Assembly: GCA_963719035.1 (NCBI GenBank)
Contig: CAVRAO010000008.1
Coordinates: 1 to 64,000 of the forward strand
Length of the DNA: 64,000 nt
Direction of reading: 5' to 3'
From: Methanobacteriota archaeon
GTDB taxonomy: Archaea > Halobacteriota > Bog-38 > Methanoflorentales > Methanoflorentaceae
Of this stretch, positions 41,468 through 51,637 are shown one piece after another. The notes beneath the pieces were generated by a model, which was not told the DNA's origin, searched no databases, and worked only from the letters and a program-made list of their open reading frames with translations. The position numbers and the translations under genes are program-made. The stretch's first letter is position 1, and every line of letters begins with the position of its first letter.

Positions 41468-42880
41468 TTATCCTCGCGCCTCGCCAAACAAGATTGGGCT
41501 GTCTCTCGCACCTGCTAGCTTTTCCAAAGCCTCTTCAACCGTCTGACGCTGCGTTTTGCTTTTCTCACTCATCAAAGCCTTAATAAGTGGCTGTACGGCT
41601 CTCGTGTCGCCGATCTGCCCAAGTGCGTAAGCAGCGTTACCTCGAACAGAGCTGTCGGAATCGCCAAGTGCCTGAATAAGTGGTTCCACAGCCGCAGTAT
41701 CGCCGATTTGACCGAGAGCTGAAGCCACAGACACACGAATCTCTCTTCCTTCGGAGAACAGCTTGTCTGCTAGCGGCTGAACTGCTCTGGTATCACCAAT
41801 CTCCCCAAGGGCATACATAGCAGCAGTTCGCACCTCAGGAGTGGCATCGTCTAGCACTTGTATCAAAGGTTCCACCGCTCGAGGATCGCCAATTTTTCCC
41901 AGTGCGGATGCTGCATGGATCCGAACGTCAACATCGCGAGGTTGCAGTAGTGCATCTATCAAAGGCCCTACCGCTCGAGGATTCCCGATATTTCCGAGCG
42001 CTGATGCTGCAGATCGTTGCAGATTGCTCCGCCCGTTTGGCACCCCGAGGTCGACCTGCGATAACATTTCAATAAGGGGGTCTTCCGCGCGTGCATCGCC
42101 AAGCTCGCCGAGCACCTCTGCAGCTACTGTTCGAGCTACTTCATGATCATCGCTAAGCGCTTCGATCAGCGGTTCGACTGCTGCGTCCCCAATTCCCAAC
42201 AACGCCGCCACAATGGCGCGCTGCATGCTCACAAGCTCGCTGTTCGCGATCAGCGATGCTATCAGTGGCTTTACGACGCTCGCATCCCCTAAAGACCCTA
42301 ATGCTTCAATAGCGACCTTCTGAACCGCTCGGCTCGTGTCCCTCAAAGCCTCAACTAGCGGCGCTACGATACGTGAATCGCCGAGCGTCGCTAGCTCTCT
42401 GACGGCCACCAATCGAACGTCAAGGCTGGGGTCTCTCAGGGCACTGGTCAAGGCCCCCAGTGCACGCTGATCACCGAGCTTGCCGAGTGCCTTTAAGGCG
42501 AGCCTGCGAACTCCATCGTGTCTATCGTGCGACGCTCGCACGAGCGCTTCGATTGCTCGCAGATCGCCAATTTTTCCAAGCGCGTATGCTGCGCATCCCC
42601 GCGTTCGCTCGTACTCGTCATCCAAAGCTGCAATTAGCGCGTCAATCGCTCGTGGATCACCGAGCTTGCCGAGTGCCAATGCCGATTCTTGCCTGACACT
42701 CCCTTCCGCATCACCCAAATGCTCAATAAGCCCGTTGACCGCTCGGCGATCACCAATGTTGCCGAGCGCATATATTGCCTTTACTCGTAGTTCAAACGCC
42801 GGATCATCTAACGCTTTTATAAGGCCGCCGACATCATTACGTGCCTTCAGTTTATCGACGTCGGGTTTGAACAATCGCAT
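41468..42880 (-). CDS. HEAT (PBS lyase-like) repeat protein
   Basis: Many VR..AA.ALG.IGD.RAV.PLI.AL repeats. Confidence 0.93.
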   Translation of the reverse strand: MRLFKPDVDKLKARNDVGGLIKALDDPAFELRVKAIYALGNIGDRRAVNGLIEHLGDAEGSVRQESALALGKLGDPRAIDALIAALDDEYERTRGCAAYALGKIGDLRAIEALVRASHDRHDGVRRLALKALGKLGDQRALGALTSALRDPSLDVRLVAVRELATLGDSRIVAPLVEALRDTSRAVQKVAIEALGSLGDASVVKPLIASLIANSELVSMQRAIVAALLGIGDAAVEPLIEALSDDHEVARTVAAEVLGELGDARAEDPLIEMLSQVDLGVPNGRSNLQRSAASALGNIGNPRAVGPLIDALLQPRDVDVRIHAASALGKIGDPRAVEPLIQVLDDATPEVRTAAMYALGEIGDTRAVQPLADKLFSEGREIRVSVASALGQIGDTAAVEPLIQALGDSDSSVRGNAAYALGQIGDTRAVQPLIKALMSEKSKTQRQTVEEALEKLAGARDSPILFGEARG

Positions 42881-43261
42881 GCAGGTAACTCCTTCTTTCC
42901 TTGCTTTTCGGCAGACCTCTTCTCAAAGCAATGCTAACGAATGTAGGAATAAAAATGCTTCGAGTTTGTCGTTTTTAAAATCGCTTACGCGAACCAGCTA
43001 ATAAGATGATCTGGTCGCGTTGACGGCGTGTTAGTAAGCAGTTCAACGAAAGACTTATCGCACAAAGCAGCTGCACGTGCGTAAACACGGTCGCTACGTA
43101 CTACGAAAGTCAAGCGTCACGAGACTAGCAACTCACAAAAAAGGTGACTTTCAATAGAAAAACGGATGGAAGAACAACATCCTCGTCAAATACTAGGGGC
43201 CTAACCCCACAACAACAATGCAGTCGATCCATCTAAAAAAAGGCTCAGTTATGACAAGTGA

Positions 43262-43561
43262 CTACTCAACGTCGTCACTAGCCGTTTCCGCTTCCTCAGA
43301 AGCTTCGACTACTTCAGCGACCGCACAGTTGCGCTTTATTGCTTTGATTTCAATTTTAACTGAATCGTTGACCTTTGTGTTTGGAACAAAGACCACAAGT
43401 CCGCTGATGCGCGCGATGCCATCTCCTTGTCTAGCAGTATCTTCAATTTTTACGTCGTATTGTGTGCCGACGTCCACGGGAGAATCATTATAAGATCCAC
43501 TGCCGTACTTGTTAAAACTACTACTACTACTGCCGAAACTACTCTTATTCGATCTGTACAC
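43262..43561 (-). CDS. TRAM-domain RNA-binding (cold-shock-like) protein
   Basis: PV.VG..YDVKIED..QGDGIAR.SG.VVFVP; GGAGGTGA RBS. Confidence 0.9.
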   Translation of the reverse strand: MYRSNKSSFGSSSSSFNKYGSGSYNDSPVDVGTQYDVKIEDTARQGDGIARISGLVVFVPNTKVNDSVKIEIKAIKRNCAVAEVVEASEEAETASDDVE

Positions 43562-43739
43562 GTTTCACCTCCGTTTCTTGTTAACAAACAATACGTTTTA
43601 TGACATATAGTCTTATGCTACGTTACTGCGATTCTTGCCTCACAACTTGCGCAAAAAGCCTCAAATTAGCAATCGCGTTCAGATTTAAATTAGATCCCCC
43701 TCCCTCGGAAAAAAGGAGACTGTTAACAACGGAAGAAAA

Positions 43740-44885
43740 TCAACGTCTTAGTAGTCTTCTAATAAGGGGGACAGATACGGTAATAGCACCCTCCGGGCAT
43801 AACTCCTGGCAGCAATAACAGCGGATACATTTGCTATAATCAATGTCCGGTATCCGGGCTTTTTTAAGCACGATGGCGTTGGGGGGGCAAGCCCTATAAC
43901 ATTCCCCACAGCGTTTGCAGTTGGAAACGCCGATGACAGGTTTTACGGCAATAAACCGCTTCAAGGTGTTGATGAGGAATGGCGGTGCCCTCGAAAGCGA
44001 TGCAGTTAACGTCTTTTCAAAATTCTCAATTACAAGCGGCTGAACCCGCTCTCCGCATATCCTGACGTCCTCCAAGCGCGCTGGGCCAACGCCCCTCTCC
44101 TGAGCCAGTCTCACTGTTGGCACAGTCATAGGATTAAATCCTGCGATCGTTACTGCGACGTAGTCTAACGCCGTGCAACTTTTGCTAGATAGAACAAGCC
44201 CGATTTTGCGCGGTTTTCCGTTAGAGGGGCCCGCCCCTTCCATGCCTACGACCGCATCCATAAGCGTGAGGGCAGGGGGATATGTCTCATGGATGTCAAG
44301 CAGCAGGTCAGCAAACAGGTTTATGTCGTTAGCGGTATGCAGATGGTAATCGGTTTTGAACAATCCGGGTATGTAACCGTACAGAAGCTTAACAGCGCCC
44401 GTGTAGTACGTGAGAGCGTGTGTCTTAAGCTTCGGGAGTCCTATAATCACGTCTGCCTCGGTAACTGCTTTGGCCAGCGTGAGCTTCTTAAACGTCTTAG
44501 CTTTCACTGAGGCCACGTCTCGTTTAGCCTCATCGAATCGGACAATTTCACATCCTGTGTCATCTACAACATCCTGAATACCCGTCTTCTCCAACAGTGC
44601 TTTGTAAGACGCCGCAGTGCTTCCGCCGCCGGGAGAGTCCCCAAGCACCGGTGTCGCTCCGAGCTCTTGTACCAGTTCGACTGTCGCTTTCACTATGGTT
44701 GGGTGTGTCGTTACAGCAGCCTCAGGTAACTTGGAGGACAACAAGTTTAGCTTGACAAGGACGTGATCGCCGTCCGCGACGACCGACTCGAGTCCGCCCA
44801 GCGGTGCTAAACACGCTTCGACGGCCTTTCTAACCTCGTGATCATCGTAAGAGCCACACTTTTCGATTGACACCTGATATGACAT
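43740..44885 (-). CDS. DUF362 + 2[4Fe-4S] ferredoxin domain protein
   Basis: VTTHP, KLKTH, MEG.GP; CKRCGEC..CP and CIRCYCCQELCP. Confidence 0.9.
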   Translation of the reverse strand: MSYQVSIEKCGSYDDHEVRKAVEACLAPLGGLESVVADGDHVLVKLNLLSSKLPEAAVTTHPTIVKATVELVQELGATPVLGDSPGGGSTAASYKALLEKTGIQDVVDDTGCEIVRFDEAKRDVASVKAKTFKKLTLAKAVTEADVIIGLPKLKTHALTYYTGAVKLLYGYIPGLFKTDYHLHTANDINLFADLLLDIHETYPPALTLMDAVVGMEGAGPSNGKPRKIGLVLSSKSCTALDYVAVTIAGFNPMTVPTVRLAQERGVGPARLEDVRICGERVQPLVIENFEKTLTASLSRAPPFLINTLKRFIAVKPVIGVSNCKRCGECYRACPPNAIVLKKARIPDIDYSKCIRCYCCQELCPEGAITVSVPLIRRLLRR

Positions 44886-45004
44886 CGCTTGATATCACTG
44901 TATCGGGATTGACGCTCAAATAGCTTCGCTCGAGCGCCAATCGCGGTTCCAAAGTAGAAAGTTTTATCCGAAGACGTTGTCCTTACGCTCTTGAGACTGA
45001 TGCT

Positions 45005-45412
45005 GTGGACCAAGAAGTGACTTATCTTAAGTCTTGCGAGATCGCTGACAACGCTCTTTTACAGAAAAACGCAACAGGAGGAAACGACACGAGCGCGCGA
45101 GATCAGCTCGAAGAAAATATGGAAGATCTCGAGAAGCTCCAAGAAATGAGTGAGCTCCAAAGAGCTATACTTACGCAGTTGATTCCGCTTGCCCCATGTG
45201 CTATGCACTCAGCTGTTTTGCGAGAGGCCGTTGCACCTTTCTTCAAAGGGTTGGATAAGAAAGAGCGTAACCGCGAGTTTGAAGCTGCAGTAGGCCCTCT
45301 GGTGCAAGACGGACTTGTTAGATACTTCTGCTGTATAATAGACAGTTACGCCATGAACCCACGGCACCTGATTATTGCGCTGTACTTGGCTGGACAAACG
45401 CCCAATGATTGA
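45005..45412 (+). CDS. hypothetical (winged-helix-like) protein; start may be 45119
   Basis: ORF overlapping the next HTH gene. Confidence 0.5.
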   Translation: MDQEVTYLKSCEIADNALLQKNATGGNDTSARDQLEENMEDLEKLQEMSELQRAILTQLIPLAPCAMHSAVLREAVAPFFKGLDKKERNREFEAAVGPLVQDGLVRYFCCIIDSYAMNPRHLIIALYLAGQTPND

Positions 45413-45842
45413 AGAAGAACGCTATTTTACCATAAAGGAAGTAGCCAAGCTCTTAGGAGTCCCTAAAAGGAGCATCAAGCGACGTATCGAGAGCAAGAAC
45501 CTCAGCGCGCACAAGCGTTTAGGCAGACGCGGCTTTGAGCTTGTTATCCCGCAGCGCGAATTGAGCATGGAGATTATGAGCTCCATTCCTGATTCACGCC
45601 AGTTGAGTCTCTGCGAGTTTGAAGCGATCGTGATCAAGCGTTTAAAAGTAATGGCCGCGGGACGAGATCGACGAATCTCACTCACTTTAAAGCTGCTGTG
45701 TGAAGAGTTTGAACAGCTTAGAGCTGAAATAAGAACTTTGAACGGTAGCACTGCAGAAGATGATTTAGCTACAATATCACTAAAGAGGGACCGCCTGTCA
45801 ACAAGACAGGAGAAGGAGCTGGCATATTCATCGCAGTCATAA
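45405..45842 (+). CDS. excisionase/MerR-like HTH protein with coiled coil
   Basis: YFTIKEVAKLLGV..SIKRRI...L.A.K. Confidence 0.75.
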   Translation: MIEEERYFTIKEVAKLLGVPKRSIKRRIESKNLSAHKRLGRRGFELVIPQRELSMEIMSSIPDSRQLSLCEFEAIVIKRLKVMAAGRDRRISLTLKLLCEEFEQLRAEIRTLNGSTAEDDLATISLKRDRLSTRQEKELAYSSQS

Positions 45843-45945
45843 TCCCCCTCCCCGGTGCTTGGGCCTCGAATCACGAATAACGCGGCTAAAAGTGACCCGA
45901 TAACTTAACTAGGTGCTTAACTAGCGTCGATATATATCAGTCAAT

Positions 45946-46621
45946 ATGAGCTCCAGTCGGATCAGAGCACTAAGCGAGTTGCAAGTTGCAGGACCTGAGG
46001 CCAGCGGCCATTTTAAGAGCAACGTCGTCACGCGCTCGATTGTCGGACTCGTAGCTGGAGCGGTTTTAGGAGCGGTGCTCGGCGCCATTTTTAGAGTGGT
46101 GCTGTACATAATATTTAGCTGGCTGCTTTCCGGAGTAACGACTTTTTTGGGCCGACATTCTCCAAACGCTAGCTGGGCTTTGCATAGGCAGAGTAATCGG
46201 CACGCTTGTCGGAGCAATTGTAGGTCTCATTTATGTAGGTTCAGTCAACATCGCTGAAGAATCACCGTTCTATTCCGTGTTCGGAGCTTTTTTTGCCTGG
46301 CTGACCTATTCACGGTTCGGTTCATTTTCAAGCGGCGTAGAATCGGCTATGACAGGTGCCTCCATAGGCGTTATCGCAGGATTAATAACTGGTTTTGCAT
46401 CAGGTTTGATCAGCAAGGGCAGTCTTGATAAAGTCTTTCGCGTAATCAGCGCTGGCGTCGGAAGTGCCGTCGGTGCCGCAGTCTTCGGCGTCTTCATTTT
46501 ACCGGACGTGACATCGACAACAGATACAACAGTAGGTATCGCCAGAGGCCTGCTCATAGGCGTCGCAGCCGGGTTAGGGTCAATTGTGACCTCACGGAAG
46601 AAATCTTCAAGTAAAGGCTGA
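45946..46621 (+). CDS. Gly-rich membrane protein, split in two ORFs (45946-46257, 46277-46621)
   Basis: Glycine-zipper TM segments in both parts; probable frameshift. Confidence 0.5.
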
Positions 46622-46759
46622 TCGCCGATTTGCTTTTTTGACCGTGTTTTATGGTAAAAAAGAGTGCAAAGGCGTCTTAACTTGTGCCGACGCGTCGGAC
46701 TTGTCTCAATCTAGGTTACTTGCCTCTGATCGGCAATTGTAACGCTCGTGTAAGTTAGT

Positions 46760-46930
46760 TTAGAGGTTCAGCGAGCCGTCCTTGATGATAAGCATATGGC
46801 GAGTGCAGTCTTGACAGAACACGTGAACCTGTCCGTCAGATAGAATACTTCTGCTTGCTGCATCGGTATTCAACGCAGTGCCACATTTTTCGCAGGCCAG
46901 CTGAAAGCCATCGCTTTTATCTAGTTTCAT
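46760..46930 (-). CDS. unannotated 56-aa zinc-finger microprotein
   Basis: GGTGA RBS; MKLDKSDGFQLACEKCG...VFCQDCTRHML..*. Confidence 0.65.
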   Translation of the reverse strand: MKLDKSDGFQLACEKCGTALNTDAASRSILSDGQVHVFCQDCTRHMLIIKDGSLNL

Positions 46931-47013
46931 GAATTCACCGAAGTCGTCGCATTTTTCGTCTATGTTCCGCGTTGTTCTTAAGCTGTATTAAAGGTGTTTC
47001 AAAATTGGATACT

Positions 47014-47544
47014 TCAAAAATCGCTTGAAGTAAATAAGGATTCAAACAGATAACCTTTCGACGTGATGCGCTCTTGGGCGCCGCTCTCGCGGTCTAAAAC
47101 GCTAATCACCTTGGCAATCCTGCAACCGAGCTGTTCAACAGCAGCTATGCCTGAGAGGGCCGATTCTCCACTTGTCGTAACATCCTCCACGAACGCAACG
47201 ACGTCCCCTTTCCGCACACATCCCTCCACCCTGCGCATTCTCCCATATGTTTTCTCAGACTTTCTCACAAAAAATGCGCGGATGATGCCTGATTTGAGAG
47301 CGATTGCAGTAGCGACCGGTATTGCACCGCTTTCCATTCCTCCGACTGCGTCGACACCCGTCAAGCGCTCAATCATTAGTTCGGCTATTAAAGAGGCGCC
47401 ACGAGGGTGCATCGTAACGCGGCGTAAGTCAAAATAGAAATCACTAAGCGCTCCTCCCGATAGTCTATACGGGCCATCAGTGAAGCATCCGTATTTCTTG
47501 ATCAGCTGTTTCAAATCTTCATACGTATCTTGCACGATTGCCAC
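47014..47544 (-). CDS. pyrE: orotate phosphoribosyltransferase
   Basis: LSGG.SDFYFD, VRK..K.YG, VEDVTTSG PRPP motif. Confidence 0.93.
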   Translation of the reverse strand: MAIVQDTYEDLKQLIKKYGCFTDGPYRLSGGALSDFYFDLRRVTMHPRGASLIAELMIERLTGVDAVGGMESGAIPVATAIALKSGIIRAFFVRKSEKTYGRMRRVEGCVRKGDVVAFVEDVTTSGESALSGIAAVEQLGCRIAKVISVLDRESGAQERITSKGYLFESLFTSSDF

Positions 47545-47699
47545 CAGTCATGTGACTTCGAGAGGACTTGGCTAACCGTATTCTCTATTTTTAAGCTAAT
47601 AAGCATATAGGTCCTCGTCTAACGTCATCCCCGAGGGAGCTCATTGCGTTGCGAGACGAGGATACTTATAATAACGCTTGATTTAACCTAAAAGCGGGA

Positions 47700-49781
47700 A
47701 TGCGAGAGTACGTTGACCTGAAACTGATTGTCCCGAATTCTGTCGAGGCCCGAGTGTATCAGGTTGCGCTAGCAGAATCGGCTATGCGCGCCTCAACGAT
47801 GATTGTACTGCCGACTGGGCTTGGCAAAACTGTTGTCGCGCTGCTCGTGATAGCTAAACGCCTCGAAGAAGATGGACGGGTCATATTTCTCGCACCGACA
47901 AAGCCACTTGTTGAACAGCATGCAGAGTTTCTACGATCACATCTGCTCGCAGAGACGACCATCTTTACTGGAGAGATTCCTCCTGAGAAGCGAATGGAGC
48001 TTTGGAAGCAGGAACAGCAGGCGATCGTTTCAACTCCTCAGGTTATCGAAAACGATCTCAAAGCGGGGCGCATTACGCTTGCTGGTGTTAAACTCATTAT
48101 CTTTGACGAAGCGCATCGAGCAGTAGGTAATTACGCATACCGATTCATTGCCAGCCGATACATCGAACAAGCAGATGATCCGCTCATCTTGGGCATGACT
48201 GCGTCTCCTGGCGGCACTGTAGAGAAGATCAACGAAGTCAGCGAAAGTTTGTTCATCGACAATATCGAGATCCGCACCGAATCAGATCCTGACGTGTATC
48301 CATACACGCATGAAAAGAATTTAGAAATGCTGAAGTTTACGTTGCCTCCTGAGATGGAGACAATTCGACAGCATCTCAAGCAGGGCGCAACCGAGCGGCT
48401 GCGCAAACTGATAAAACTGAAAGTCATCTTTAGCGAATGGGTCTCGACGTCAGAATTAATCAAGGTCCAACACAAGGTTGCGACTGATAGGAACTATAGG
48501 GCGATGTCGCTCGTTGCTGAGGTCATTAAGTTACGCCACGCGATTGGACTGATAGAAACCCAAGGCGTTGTGCCCACGCGCAAATACTTTACGAGGCTAA
48601 TTAAGCAGGCGCAGTCAAAAAAAGGTAGCAAAGCTGCGCGAAACCTCGTCAGCGATGATCGCATAAAGGCTGCTGTGGAGCTGTCGAACCGCCTTGATGA
48701 AATCCATCCAAAGCTCGAAGCATTGAAAGGCGTTGTTCTTCAACAACTGGCGCTCAAGCCTGATTCGCGTGTTATCGTATTTACCAATTACAGGGACACC
48801 GCCGAAATCGTGAGGAATACCCTGAACACGTTGCGTGACGTAAGGGCAGAGAAGTTTGTCGGCCAAGCAAAGAAAGACGGACTGAAAGGACTTTCTCAAA
48901 AGGAACAAGTAAAGCTCGTATCAGACTTCGTGAATGGAACGTATAACGTCCTCGTTGCGACAAGTGTCGCTGAGGAGGGGTTAGATATCCCAGCTACCGA
49001 TATGGTCGTGTTTTACGAGCCAATTCCTTCTGAAATTCGTAGCATCCAACGTGAGGGCCGCACGGGGAGAAGGCGTGCGGGTCGCGTCGTCGTTTTGATA
49101 ACAAAGGGGACACGCGATGAGGCGTACAGCTCATCTAGCTCGCGAAAAAAACGGATGATGAGTGCCGAAATGAAGCGTTTGAGCACGAGACGAACGCTCC
49201 CTGCTGAACGTATCGAAGTTGATGCTGAAAAAGAGCCTCAGGAGTCAATAGACTCCACACTCCCACTGAAAACCGATCAAACGGCATCTTATGCCCAATT
49301 AGAAACCAAATGCAGCTTCCACGCTGCCGAAACGAATGCCACACCGACACAAATCCGCAGCCACCACAAAAGTTCAGGAGGGACCGCAGGTACCATCCCT
49401 GAAGAACGCCAAAAAACGCTTTTAGACTTTGATTCGAAGGAAAAAAATAGGAGCGATACGCTTGTCCGCGTCGTCGCTGACCAAGGAGAGGTCAAATCCG
49501 GGGATGCTATCGCGGAGCGAGAACAAACGGGTAAAAAGTGGACATCCGCAGTGCACGGAAAGAAGATTTCAACTACACTTCGAGAACAACAAGAGCATGT
49601 AATTGCTGCAATCCCGTCGGTAGGCCCCGTTACCGCGCGTGCCCTGCTGGAGTTTTTCGGCTCACTTGAGGCTATATTTCGCGCGCCAATACAAGAGCTC
49701 ACTAAAGTCCGAGGCGTTGGTCCCCAGACCGCGCGGGCAATCCACTCCCTTGCTACGACCTATTACGAAGCCCTGAAGTGA
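47700..49781 (+). CDS. hef: Hef/FANCM-like helicase with C-terminal (HhH)2; ERCC4 nuclease core absent
   Basis: LPTGLGKT, DEAH, TAS, SVAEEGLDIP, QREGRTGR; HhH IPSVGP..VRGVG. Confidence 0.92.
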   Translation: MREYVDLKLIVPNSVEARVYQVALAESAMRASTMIVLPTGLGKTVVALLVIAKRLEEDGRVIFLAPTKPLVEQHAEFLRSHLLAETTIFTGEIPPEKRMELWKQEQQAIVSTPQVIENDLKAGRITLAGVKLIIFDEAHRAVGNYAYRFIASRYIEQADDPLILGMTASPGGTVEKINEVSESLFIDNIEIRTESDPDVYPYTHEKNLEMLKFTLPPEMETIRQHLKQGATERLRKLIKLKVIFSEWVSTSELIKVQHKVATDRNYRAMSLVAEVIKLRHAIGLIETQGVVPTRKYFTRLIKQAQSKKGSKAARNLVSDDRIKAAVELSNRLDEIHPKLEALKGVVLQQLALKPDSRVIVFTNYRDTAEIVRNTLNTLRDVRAEKFVGQAKKDGLKGLSQKEQVKLVSDFVNGTYNVLVATSVAEEGLDIPATDMVVFYEPIPSEIRSIQREGRTGRRRAGRVVVLITKGTRDEAYSSSSSRKKRMMSAEMKRLSTRRTLPAERIEVDAEKEPQESIDSTLPLKTDQTASYAQLETKCSFHAAETNATPTQIRSHHKSSGGTAGTIPEERQKTLLDFDSKEKNRSDTLVRVVADQGEVKSGDAIAEREQTGKKWTSAVHGKKISTTLREQQEHVIAAIPSVGPVTARALLEFFGSLEAIFRAPIQELTKVRGVGPQTARAIHSLATTYYEALK

Positions 49782-49811
49782 CTTTGCTTCCGAACTCAAC
49801 ATGAAACACGC

Positions 49812-49980
49812 TTTTAAAAATGCTCGTAAAGCGAGAGGGGTGCAGCCCCTCTAAATTGCGCTTTAGGCGCAGACTTGCTGCTTGGCAAGGGGCGCTAATC
49901 TTGCTAGCCACCGTCAGAGCTGCTTCTGAAGTTTGCTGGTGATAGCGTCGTCACCCTCAAGACAAGGCCCGGTTTTAAAA
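49812..49980 (+). other. array of short hairpins bounded by TTTTAAAA (structured RNA or MITE/REP-like element)
   Basis: Five clear stems of 5-7 bp plus two weaker ones, mostly extended by G-T pairs on the + strand. Confidence 0.5.
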
Positions 49981-49995
49981 TCACGCGAGATCGAT

Positions 49996-50625
49996 CTAAA
50001 AGGTGATAGCCCCTCCAATCGATAGCACGGTGACGTGGTGCCCCTTATTTTCAGCGAGTTGCTTAAAAAGCTGCGGATCAGCTTTGATCTGGCTGAAGGT
50101 GTCGTAATGCATCGGAATGGCGTTTTTAGGATTAATAATGTCGAGCGCGTCGAGCGCCTCTTCTATGTCCATAGTGAAAAATCCGCCTATAGGAATGAAA
50201 AGCACGTCAACATTTTCCAAAGATTGAACGCCGTCTAAATAGGTGTCTCCGAGATGTGCAAATCGAACGCCGCCGAGTTCAAAGACGTAACCGGCTGGGT
50301 ACTTGCTCTGATGATGACTTGCACCGATCATTGTTACGCTAATCCCTTCAACAAGTCTGGTTGCTCCGTGCTCCATAACGACCATCTTCTTGAACTTACC
50401 CTCTAGAGGGGGTGGAGCGACCACAGCAACGTTGAACGACTCTGCAGCGCTATGATCGAAGTGCTCGTGGGTGACAAGAACGATATCTGGTTTGCCAGTG
50501 TATCTATGTGCGTTAGGATTCTCTTTCCTAAAAAAAGGGTCAATTAAAAGCGTGTGATCGACGTCTTTCACTTCAAAACACGAATGGCTCAGGTACGTCA
50601 CGCGCACTGAGAGATCTTCTTCCAT
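49996..50625 (-). CDS. UPF0173-like metal-dependent hydrolase (MBL fold)
   Basis: THEHFDH, HLGDT, IPIGG..TM, IPMHY. Confidence 0.9.
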   Translation of the reverse strand: MEEDLSVRVTYLSHSCFEVKDVDHTLLIDPFFRKENPNAHRYTGKPDIVLVTHEHFDHSAAESFNVAVVAPPPLEGKFKKMVVMEHGATRLVEGISVTMIGASHHQSKYPAGYVFELGGVRFAHLGDTYLDGVQSLENVDVLFIPIGGFFTMDIEEALDALDIINPKNAIPMHYDTFSQIKADPQLFKQLAENKGHHVTVLSIGGAITF

Positions 50626-50753
50626 ACAAATACGTCACATAGCGTGGATATATTGTTTGGCGTCAGAAGACGGGGTCTCTAGGCGAAATTGTCCTGTTGC
50701 AGCTTACCGCTTTTCTGCAACGCGTGATAACCGATCTCAATTACTTGTTGGCT

Positions 50754-51584
50754 TTACGATGACCCGACGCAAGCGTGCTGAAGTCTTAAGAATAATTCTT
50801 CAGAGCGCATCTCTAAAACCTCGTGCGCTGAAACGTTGGGAACTTCCAAGATTTGGTAGCCAATAGAGTTAAGAGCTGCCGAAACGAGAACGGTAAGATC
50901 GTCAGAGAACGTGAGCCTTCCGTTGCCCATTGTGGCTCTTGAGATGCCTATCAAACCGTCAGCCACGTGCGGATTTATGTCTTTAGGAAGTCGCAAGGAA
51001 AAATCTCTCACATTTGCCTGAAGTGTCTGAGATGCATCATACGCGATTTTTGCAGCAACCGCTATCGCGCCACATTTCTCTCCGTGATAGTTGAAGCCTT
51101 CTCGCAGGAGCTCGGCGAGCACGTCAGCTCGGGCCATATGACGCATGATGAAAGAAGAGTGAACGTCTCGAGCCCAAAAAATTGCATCCCATCCTGATGA
51201 ATAAGGCTTTATATCCACGATCGGCGATCCATCGATGAGATCGAGTGGTTCGACATAAAGGAGGGGGCCCTTTACTTTAATTAAGCGTGTGGCTGAAAGT
51301 GACAGCGGATTTGGGCGTGTAGGGGAGCGAAGAGAGAAGACGCCGCGCTCCTCGAGCTCGGGGTTTATTTTTCGCGGTCTCACCATCAGTGGCGTTCTTT
51401 GTGCTTTGCTAAACCAGCCGATGACGTTTATATGACTATCGCCTTCTATACCACTAAGCCCTTCTATGAACTCATCAAAAATCTTAATAACTGCCGGAAC
51501 ACCCTGAAGTGGCATGTCCTGCGAGTCCTTCACTGCGGATTGCACGACGCCAATAGGCTTAAGGTTGTATACCAAAAACGCCAC
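50754..51584 (-). CDS. TsaA/TrmO tRNA methyltransferase domain fused to an FmdE-like domain
   Basis: GVFSLRSPTRPNP, DGSPIVDIKPY; C-terminal YHGEKC..ADG...SRATMGNGRL. Confidence 0.8.
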   Translation of the reverse strand: MAFLVYNLKPIGVVQSAVKDSQDMPLQGVPAVIKIFDEFIEGLSGIEGDSHINVIGWFSKAQRTPLMVRPRKINPELEERGVFSLRSPTRPNPLSLSATRLIKVKGPLLYVEPLDLIDGSPIVDIKPYSSGWDAIFWARDVHSSFIMRHMARADVLAELLREGFNYHGEKCGAIAVAAKIAYDASQTLQANVRDFSLRLPKDINPHVADGLIGISRATMGNGRLTFSDDLTVLVSAALNSIGYQILEVPNVSAHEVLEMRSEELFLRLQHACVGSS

Positions 51585-51637
51585 CTCGCTTCACTAATGC
51601 GATAACAAACTGCAGCCAGTAAGCGATCTGCCCTATG

